Shown here one piece after another: positions 54,401 through 64,000 of a stretch of DNA of 64,000 nucleotides. Position numbers and translations under genes: made by a program. The notes under the pieces were generated by a model. The model was not told the origin of the DNA. It did no database searches and saw nothing but the letters and a program-made list of their open reading frames with translations. This DNA comes from Auanema rhodensis. Taxonomy: Eukaryota > Animalia > Nematoda. Within the stretch, counting starts at the first letter, position 1. The number at the start of each line of letters is the position of its first letter. The DNA lies in NCBI GenBank assembly GCA_964057225.1, contig OZ059897.1, positions 12,338,001 through 12,402,000 of the forward strand. The letters run 5' to 3'.

Positions 54401-55050
54401 TTCACACACAAACTTCAATTCTATGCAAATTTCAGTTATAATCCCATCCTGTCACTCTTTTTCCTTGGCTTGACTTCTAGCCATGTTCAATATATGATTC
54501 AGAACATTGCGAGTGGGTTGAGCCGAGGAAATTGAAAGAAGATGAATAACTTACCTGTCTTTTCCTGTTGTATATTTTAATATTTGTTTTTTTTTTTGGA
54601 ATATTTTTCTGATTCATAAAAACATTTTATGACATTTGCAAAATGACATTTAAGTTTACGTCAAACTGATAATCGGATTAACTATTTGTTATAATGAGAA
54701 AAAAAAACTTTTTTCCCAAATCACAATGATATATTATTCATTTCGAGTTTAATTTCAGAAGAATTTCTTTTTTTTTTTGGGAAAGTTTCAACATTAATAC
54801 ATAATTAATCGAAAATTATTGGTACTAACTAATTTAGAAATACAGAAAAAGTTTTTTTTTATAGATTATAACGCATAAGATATCAGAAAAAAACTTATAA
54901 CATAGTCTGTTTTCTAAGCAAAAACTGAAATTAATAGATATCGTAATTGGTATGATATGAAATACTTCAAAGCAATTCATTATTTCACTAGATATTTGAA
55001 AATGATACCTGAAATGACAGGAATATGGAAAGGATGAGCAGCAGATTCAT
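51442..55050 (-). CDS. Ferric-chelate reductase FRRS1-like (DOMON + cytochrome b561 + extra TMs)
   Basis: Signal exon MNLLLILSIFLSFQ; DOMON (YVALGFSYNQKM|DDDMVFEC, GILSC, YLLFARG); b561 (IAVLHG|VALLLAWWVLGSSAILIARYFKP, WYQ|LHR, KMHAITG, LQPFIAFLRPSPNSERRPAFNWIHWLIG); ends RILLSHSP*. Confidence 0.9.
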
Positions 55051-55852
55051 GTCTTCGGGAAACGTTTTCCCGATGATGAAGTCTTTGTAGCACTAATGTT
55101 AGTCTAGAATCTCTTAAGATGATGTGATATCTCACAGATAAGCGAGAGACAAGTCCCTTAAAAGTTGTTACGAGGACAGGCCGTCTTGTCTGACTGAAAA
55201 AACCGGAACTTATTTAGACCAAAAGAGAGATAGTCAAGATTGACAATGTTTATTCGAATTTATTTATCATTAAACTGTTGATTGTTTGAAAAATAGTATT
55301 TTTTATAGTTAATTTATAGTTCAATATATTAAATATTTCATTTCAAGTTGGATATACTAGTCATAAACTATATCATGTAAGTTTTATAATAATTTTAAAA
55401 ATACAGAAAATACAGTTATGATAAGAAGAAAAAGTTCAAGAAAATAAGAGAAAGAAAGAATATGGTGAGAAGAACGAATAAGATTTAAATGATTCAGAAA
55501 AAAAATATTAAAAGATATCATAATTAGTGAAATATATAGAATATCTTTAATATATTTTACTTAATAATAATAATAATAATAATAATAATATATTTATAAA
55601 AATAAATAAAATATAAAGAATAAAATATGAAAATATTAAAATTTAAAACTATATGAATATAATAATATAATGAAAATAATAATGATTATATTTCTCATAT
55701 GATCTCTGTTCAAATGATAAATATATATATTCTCTCTGAACTTATTCATATTATAGGATGTAGATATGATAGATATGAGAAACAATTTGAGAAATTAATT
55801 TTAAAAAATTGAAAAAAAGTTGAAAAGAGAGATGAATATGATATGAAGTAAT

Positions 55853-55854
<2 letters not shown>

Positions 55855-55906
<52 letters not shown>
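55855..55906. repeat. (TA)n microsatellite
   Basis: Uninterrupted TA run. Confidence 0.95.
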
Positions 55907-55912
<6 letters not shown>

Positions 55913-57014
55913 TTTAATAAATATATATATATATAATTGATATTTAGTAAATATAAACATTACAGAATGAAGTAATGTTAATGATGGTGTTGTAGAAATA
56001 GGGGAGAGAGAGGGGGGGTGTGAGAAGAGAAACCAAAAGATAAAAAAATGAATTTGTTTCCTACAAAATCAATGAAATCGAGATTTTAAACAAGATAGAG
56101 AATTAAGAATAACTTTTACTATACAGATATATATAGATATATACTATATACTATATAGTAAATAGAGATAAATATATATAGTAGATATAGATATATGGAT
56201 AAATGGATGGTATAGGTGATGTTGAAGTGTAAAAGGTTTAATAACATATGTGTATATATATGACAACTAGGGGCAAGTGTTTGATACAAATTGAAAAATC
56301 TCACTACAGACTGACGATGTACTAGTTCATATTGAAATTTACATTATTCCAAGCGAATACTTAAACATTGAGAATCAAAAATACAGTTCATTCTCATAAT
56401 TTAATCGTATTTATATGATAATACTGTATACATATTTACATATTTCTGTCATCAATTTTGGATATAGTAGTAATGATGAAATAGTAAATTATATAAATTA
56501 ATATTTTTTATATTTTAATAAATTATTATTTTTAAATATATTTAATTATATATTATATCTTTTACTATATATACATATGTTATTATATATAGTATAGTAT
56601 ATATACAAATGTATATATAAGCTCATGTAAGTATGAGTTTAGATAAACAAGTATGTATATGTATGTGTGTTTACTTGTTAATATTATATATTTTCTTTAT
56701 TTCATTTTAATCTCAATTCCTATATAGTTAAGTTTTTTTTAAAATATAAATGTTTCATATTTTATTGTTTTATATAACTATTTTTACTTTTTTAATATAA
56801 AATATTATAAATACATATATGTATATATACATATTCAAATTATATCATTTATTTATTAATTAATTTATAATATTGATTGATTAGTTATAGTTAATTAAAG
56901 ATTATTCTTTATATATGTTTTTCTTTTTACGTACTATTATCTTAACTATATATACATATATATATATATACTAAATATTAGAAAGCTTTATGGTTATTCA
57001 TAAGATCAGATGCT

Positions 57015-57028
57015 GTTACCATAGTTAC
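57015..57028 (-). promoter_or_regulatory. X-box-like element upstream of the rootletin gene
   Basis: Minus strand GTAACTATGGTAAC fits GTHNYY-AT-RRNAAC and sits in a small GC-richer island ~2.5 kb before the inferred ATG. Confidence 0.4.
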
Positions 57029-58403
57029 CATTCGTCTATCCGGTGTATACAATGATGACATGACGTGTTTGTGGTGCAATATGTAGATTTTAATGATTTT
57101 AATTAAATAATATTATATAAAGATGTATATTAATATATTTTAATTTTAAAAAAATATAAGAAATTTTAAAACATATGCTATTAATAACATTTTAAAATAT
57201 TATTTTAATAATTTTATATTATTTTTACTATAATATTGTACTATATTTTTCTTAAATATATAAATTATTAATATTAAATATATTATTATATTTTTCTTTT
57301 TCTTTTAATGAAAAAAACTTTCAATAATTTTAATTTTAAAAATATTAAAACGAAAATCAATTTATTGCTGTTCTAATCGTTACTGGGTTTCATATCAACT
57401 CTAAAAAGCCATCTGCTTAAACTAAAAACACAAAATGATTTTCATACTCTTTGAGATATTGCTCATCTCATCTATTTCTCTCATATTTGTGTGTATTTCC
57501 TGTAATCTCTAGATACCATTGACCTATACCATATAAGACTCTGACGTTGCGTTGAGCAGATTCTCTTCAGTAGTCTCGACTACGACAGCACAATATGACC
57601 ATCTGTCCTTATTTGGTATAAACTGTGTTGTGAGTATATGCATGTATTGTAGAGAGACAACGACATGAATGAGAGAAAGATAGAGAGAATTGAATGAGAG
57701 ATATACTATTTCAAATGAATATACGGAAGAGATAGATATAGAGAGAGGGTGAGAAATTGGAAGATAGACATATTCTGAGGACATGGTTGTTCTAACGATA
57801 GGACAGACAGAAAATTGTATACCGCCTGAATAACATGACCAAGCCTTCTATAGAAGACCAGTCACAACCAGGACCACATTTTGAGTCGATAATTGTCAAC
57901 TCGGCACCTATTCTTTCATCTTCATCCTCAACCTCATTTAATTATTTAAATTTCCTTTTAATATTCATATAGTTCAAATATTTTTTTTATATAAATTTAA
58001 TAAAAAAAAAGCAAATCTTTATGTTCTTTTGTATATTAACTTCTTTCATTATGAAGTCATAACAACGAACTTCAAAGTTCATCCTCCTACTACTACTAGA
58101 GAATTGAGTTATAAACAAGTTTCTATTGCACATACCCCTCTTCTCATCTATATATTCTCAAATTGGAAATTGAAGATTCGACGACGTTTTGCGTAGTTTT
58201 CTCCAGAATATTTGCTTTTCTTGGTAATGGCACAAAACAAAAAAGTTCTTAAATGGCACGGGCGATGTGTAAATTATATTTTTCCGCTTTTTAGCATACA
58301 AATTGAAGCATGATTCTATAAAATTTATATGAACCATATACATTATTTGCCTATTATTTTAGAATTGCTCTATAAACTAAACCATTATATATATCTATCT
58401 ACA

Positions 58404-58434
<31 letters not shown>

Positions 58435-59567
58435 GTATGCTTATTTTACTTTTTTTCAGTATTAGAAGTTAGTTCATTTTCTTCTTTTTTTAAATTTTTC
58501 ATATTTTTTTCATTTACTTGCCAAATAAATCATTTTTTTTGTGTTCTCAAGCCTATATTTTCATGTCAAAAATGAATAAAAGGAAGCATCTAAACGATTT
58601 AATATACCGTATTTGATAGATTGCTTTATGAAATTCTTATAAACTCTATAAAATACATAAAATATATTTATAATCATTATTATTATTATATTTTTGAATA
58701 AAAAAACGAAGTTAAAAGCATTTAAAAGGACAGCTTGTCTACCTATGCTCAAACTTTTGATTTTCATTTACTTAATGGCTGACAGGTGGTTGGTAGGTAT
58801 TTAATATGTTCTTTTCTCTATACAATACTCTATAAACAAGTATTTACATAGTTCGAAGCCTTTTGAAAGCGTATCTCGTTGTTTGGCAGGTATTCTCCTT
58901 TTATTTTATAATTTTACTTTTAACTTTCATAACGTTATAGTTAAATTTCTCCATAACTATACATATAGTTATATAATTTAATTGATTATTTTATTATAAA
59001 TATAGAAATAAGTATATTTTATATATAAAATAATCTTTTAATTAATATTAATAGATTACTTGTTACTATGTTAATTTACTACATAACTTAAGTCAGCTAC
59101 TTCTATTAAAAGTGTTCGAACCTTCTGTATAGTACAACTTAACTTCTTTGAATATAAACTTTGAGCAATTATCTATTGTGTATTTGAAGCTTTATTTGAG
59201 TTTCCGTTAAAACTTGTCCACTATGTTATATTCAAAGCTTAAAGTTTCTAAAATTCATACAACGTAAAGCTCAATACAATTTTCTGATTATATGTACTTC
59301 AGAATGTCCCTTTGCTTGAGTTTTCTTTCAACTTCTAACATATGTAAGTATCCGTCTGATATATTCCGTTGAAATGCATTCTTGTTTACTTGAACACATA
59401 CTCTCTATGTATCAAACCAGTTTATTGTTGTGAACTTTCCTCTTTTCTTCAGCCTTACCCACTTTTTTTCGTTTTTTTTCTTCTTTTCATCTCTCTGTTA
59501 TACAACTTTGAATCATAAAAATTCTATTATTTTTATTCAGATGCGTATTAATTTGTAAGAAAACATT

Positions 59568-62500
59568 ATGCTACGAGAAGCTTCTAGTGATGGTTTGCTA
59601 GATATATGCATATATTGAGAAAAAACATTTTTTTACGTTTAGAAGTGCTTCGTGTTCCAAATGACCTACATAACTACCGTGATCGGATTGAAGCAGGTCT
59701 TGAAATTGGTAAACGAAATCGAGAAACAGTCCAAGATTTAACAGATCAGGTTGCATATTGTTGAAAGGCTGTTGAAAATTAATTCAAAGCCTTTAGGTTC
59801 AACGAATAAGAAAAAGAGCTGCTGATGAAGCATCATATGCTGGATCATTACCTCAAATCAATATCCCATCATCGGGTTTTTTAACAACTGACACATATAT
59901 TATTCGGTAATTATATTAAAAAATTACAAGTTAATGGAATGATTATAGAGATGGACATACAGTTTCTACAGATTCTGCAAGACGACATAAGCCTCGTCAT
60001 AAAAGCTTAAATCGATTGGATAAAAGTGAAAGTGTTTCACCGTAAATATTTTTATTTTAAACTATTTTACATAAAATATTATATTTTAAGCTGGTCACTT
60101 GATTATGTTCCTGCTCATCATCGTTCATCTCCAAGATTAAATAGCTCATCTGATGAGGATTATGAACAAGTGGAAAATCTTTATATAAAGCTTAAAGCTG
60201 AATTATTTAAGTAAATATAAAGATAATTATTTTAATATTATTATCTTTATTTCTTGTAGAAATTCAACCTTAGAGGAAATGAATGAGATGTTACGAGAAG
60301 AAAACGATGCAGCTTTACAGGCTAATGAAGGTAAAATATAAAATTTTGGAGAGAAAGTATCAGTTTCATGGAATCATTCAGGACTTAGATCTGATGTTCA
60401 AAGCTTAACCAAAGCAATTGAATCATTAGAATCTCAACATCAACAAGATCAACTTCGTTATCAATCGGAAAATAAAGTAAATTTTTCAAAAATTTCTTGT
60501 TTCAAATCAAAACTATATGAAGTAATGTTTGGTAAAAATGTACACATACAATAGATTTTCGAAGCATAACTTCATTACGTCCTGTTTAGCTGTGCTCAGA
60601 ATACCGAACTTCCTCTAACGCTAAAGCATTATGCTCCCCCCCCCCCCCCCCCCCAAATACTTACAGCATTTCTAATTCAAATGACAATGTTCACAAATTG
60701 AAAATCCTTATTTCTCACTTTTATTATTTTTATTTATAATATTACAGAGATATCGTAGTCATCTAGATAATCAACATCGTCAACTAATTGCTCTTTGGAA
60801 AGCATTTACATCAGTTAAACGTCAGGTAAATGCTGTTTATTCAATAATATTTGAAAGATTTTCATTTCATTTTAGGTACATGATTTACAAATATCAGCAA
60901 CAAACGATATTGACAAACAAAAAACTGAGTTTGCCCGTTGTGCTTCAGCCATGCAAAGAGCAATTCGTCAAGTTGAAATGAAGGTAAGAGCTTCTTCATT
61001 CAATACAAACTCAATTTCTAAACTTTTTTAGAATAGAACTCGTGAAGAACAGGAGCGTCAAGATAAAGAAGAACAGTTTGATGAAATTCTCAACAAGTAT
61101 AATTATACTAATAATCAAGTTCGTAAGGTTGGTAACAAGGTTATAAGTAGGTTATAAAAATAATAACCTTATATTAATGTTTTAACCTTCAATAGGTACA
61201 AAGATTAAACTTTAGCTTTTGAATTTCAGTTTGAGAAGGAACTTCAAGAAAAGAATGCTCAACTATCGAGAAAGGATGTAGAACTTCGTAAAGTCAAAGA
61301 TGAAAATGAGGAAATCTTAAATATGATTGAAAAGATTGAAAGAATGCCTGAGTTGAGTTCATCAAATGGAATAAAGAAACGAACACGAAGTGCTAGTCCA
61401 GGTTTTAATAGTTTTTCATTCAAATAACAATAATTTCAAACTTTTAAAGGACATCAAGAATCATCAGATCTTATAAGAAAAATACGTTCAAGCATTTCAA
61501 ATAAAACAAAAGAGTTACGAGAAATACAAGAACGTTTAGAGCAAACTGATAATGAAAATAGAAAATTACAAAAAGAATTAGAAAATAAAGATCGAGAACA
61601 GAGAGAGAAACGTGAAACTGACCGTCAACTTCGAGATAAAAGTCAAGAAAGGTAAAAATTTATTTAAAATAATTAAATTTTAAATTTTAAATTTATTAAA
61701 GAGATATGAAGATTAAGCATCTTGATGCTGAATTGAATAGATTGAACGGTAAGATTAGATCAATGGAAGAAGAAAAAGAAGCCCGGGAAAAGCTTATTCA
61801 AACACTTCAAGATAATATGGCAGAAATTCATAGGTATATTTAAATAAAAAATAATAAATATAAAAATAAATAATATTTTAAGATCTCAAAAACAATATAT
61901 TGCTGAGTTATCAGAGAGACATAAAGAAGAATTGGAAGCTCGTGAAAGCATATTCAATACTGAAATGACATCAAAAACAGAAGAATATGATATGAAAAAT
62001 CAAAAAGTAAATTATAACAAATATAAATAGAATAGATAATAACAAAGTTTAAGTTGAAACAAGAAAGTGATCGTTTACGTCAAGAAATGGAAGAACTTCG
62101 ACAAGAATTGCGAGAAACACGAGCGGAACTGATGACATCAAAGAAATCAGTTGATGAAAAAGGTTTTGAAATTAAAAAAAAAATTTAATTAATTAAAATT
62201 CTTTTAGATTTTAATATTTTATCATTAGAAGAAGATATAAATAGTTTAAGAAGCAAATTATCATCGGAAACAACAAGACTTGATGATAAAGAAACAGAAA
62301 TTTTAAATTTAAATGGAAGAATTGAAGAATATAAGATTAGAGAAGCAGATTTAAGAAATGAATTAACTGAGGTAAAAATATAAATTATTTTATATATTTT
62401 ATATAAATTAATTAAGATTCAAACTACTAATGCTGCTCTTAATATGGAAAGTAAACAATCTAATGATATAATGACATCTATAAGACATGAAATGTCTGAA

Positions 62501-64000
62501 ATTATGGAAAAGTTAGAATCATCAAATCATAAAGAAGGACGTAAGTTTTAAAAATAAAAATTTTATTATAATAAAAAATTATTTTTAGAATTGAGTTCTC
62601 AATTAGAATCTCAACAACATACTATGTCAGAATTAAATGAATTAATCAAATCATTGAAGGATACTGTACAAGATTTGGAAGTTAAACTAGAAACCGTAAG
62701 ATTTGAATATTTGGTTTTAAAAATATTTTCTCATATTTCAGACAATGGATGATGTTAGAATAGCAAGAGATGATTCAGAAAGTCAGCGAATTTTACTAAA
62801 AGAAAAAGTTAAAGAATTAACAGAAACAGTTAAAATACTCGAAGAAGTTCGAAGGTTTTTCCAATATTTTTCGAATTTTAATTTTTTTTTTAATTTTTAG
62901 AGAAAAAGATATGTTAATTGATGATGTTACATCTTATAAAACAGAAAAAGAACAGAATTTAGCTAAACTTGGAAATTTGGAAGAAGATTTGAAACAAAAA
63001 AATGAAAATGTAAGCTATTTTGAAGAATTTCATTAATATTTTCTATTTTTTAGATTGATGAATTCAGAAGAATAATGGAAGATCTTAGAGAAAGTCTTGA
63101 AAAAACTAAAGAACATGCTCAAGAAAAACAAATTTTAGTTGAAAATCTAGAAGGTATCATTGAAATATTTGAAGATATATGTATATACAATATTTAATAT
63201 TTAGCTCGAGTTGAAACAATAACTGCCAGTATGACGAGTTTGGAAGAAAATCATAAAGCAGAGCTTTTACGAAGAGATGAAACAGAGAAAATCCGAGATT
63301 TGGAACAAGAACAAATTGTTCAAAATCATACGGATAATACACAAAAAGAAATTGTAAATTTATTATTTTATTTTAATTTTAAAATAATTTTTAATAGAAA
63401 CGATTGGAAAAAGAATTGAAGAATTGTGAAGAACGGTTACAAAACATGACAACGACTTATGAGAAATTAGTAGAAGACGAATCAGAATTACGGATGAAAC
63501 ATGAAGAAATGAAGTAAAAATCCATAAAATATATCAAAATTAAATAATTTTTGAATTTCAGAGATAATTTGGAGCAATCTTTGATGAAATGTAGAAAGGA
63601 AGTTGAGCATTTAAAAGATCAAAATCATCAAGAAAGAGAAGAATGGGAAGATGAACGAAAACATGTATTTCCTTTAGTATTAACTTGAATTTAAAAAACT
63701 TTTTTCAGCTTGAAAAGTCGAAAGCTAATGCTTTAGCAAATATGAAAGAAGAAATGAATACATTAGAAGAAAATATAAGAAAAGGACTTGATCGAGAAGA
63801 AATTCTTCAGAATTCTATCAGTGATCTCAATGAGCAAATTGCAGAATTACAAAGAAAAATGTTTGAATCTAATAGAACAATGGAAGAGAAAAGGTTTTTT
63901 AATTTTTAAATTTTGTTAATTTTTATAAATTTTAGTGATGATATCCAATTAAAAGAGAAAGAACTTGAAGATGAAAAGAGGAGCATAGCAGTACAAATGG
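59568..64000 (+). CDS. che-10: Rootletin-family long coiled-coil protein (probable che-10 ortholog), 3' end beyond the window
   Basis: Rootletin-domain signature ELFK|NSTLEEMNEMLREENDAALQANE|GLRSDV...QHRQLIALWKAFTSVKRQ|VHDLQISATNDIDKQKTEFARCA, followed by many in-frame heptad-rich E/K exons. The start codon is inferred (MLREASSD). Confidence 0.8.
60636..60654 (+). repeat. C19 homopolymer (G19 on the minus strand) in an intron
   Basis: 19 consecutive C bases in AT-rich intronic DNA. Confidence 0.9.

Noticed and set aside
15499-55050. A functional iron module linking DUF3050 and the ferric-chelate reductase, or a glycosylation cluster (lec-2, PRKCSH, dnj-20, nstp-4)
   Set aside because: The genes are tens of kb apart with unrelated genes between them and no operon-like spacing. 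Co-occurrence in the window is not evidence.
1-64000. CRISPR arrays, rRNA, prokaryotic operons or intact mobile elements
   Set aside because: No repeat-spacer arrays, rRNA sequence or transposase/RT ORFs were seen. The window is intron-rich nematode DNA.

Overview
Eukaryotic, very AT-rich nematode genomic DNA (short ~45-60 nt GT-AG introns, TTTCAG/TTTAG acceptors, many (TA)n and (CT/GA)n tracts). The six-frame ORF track therefore shows only exon fragments, and the gene models below were spliced by hand. In order, the window holds: a tiny IQ-motif calpacitin-like gene (+); tandem-repeat galectin lec-2 (-); an orphan LIR-motif/coiled-coil/2-TM gene (+); an intron-containing, bacterial-type DUF3050 heme-oxygenase-like di-iron protein gene (-); a class A peptide GPCR (-); a head-to-head ER pair, glucosidase II beta (-) and DNAJB11/dnj-20 (+), sharing an XBP-1-type element; a serpentine chemoreceptor (-); a two-MAM-domain protein (-) with an intronic tRNA-Thr(TGT); NIM1 kinase (-); an SLC35A nucleotide-sugar transporter (-); egl-26 (+); a DOMON/cytochrome b561 ferric-chelate reductase (-); and the 5' part of a rootletin-family gene (+, truncated by the window). 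The standout is the DUF3050 gene. It looks like a domesticated horizontal acquisition from bacteria: three host-type introns, a TATA promoter, host optimal codons and an intact set of candidate di-iron ligands. Family assignments come from recalled motifs, not from database searches.
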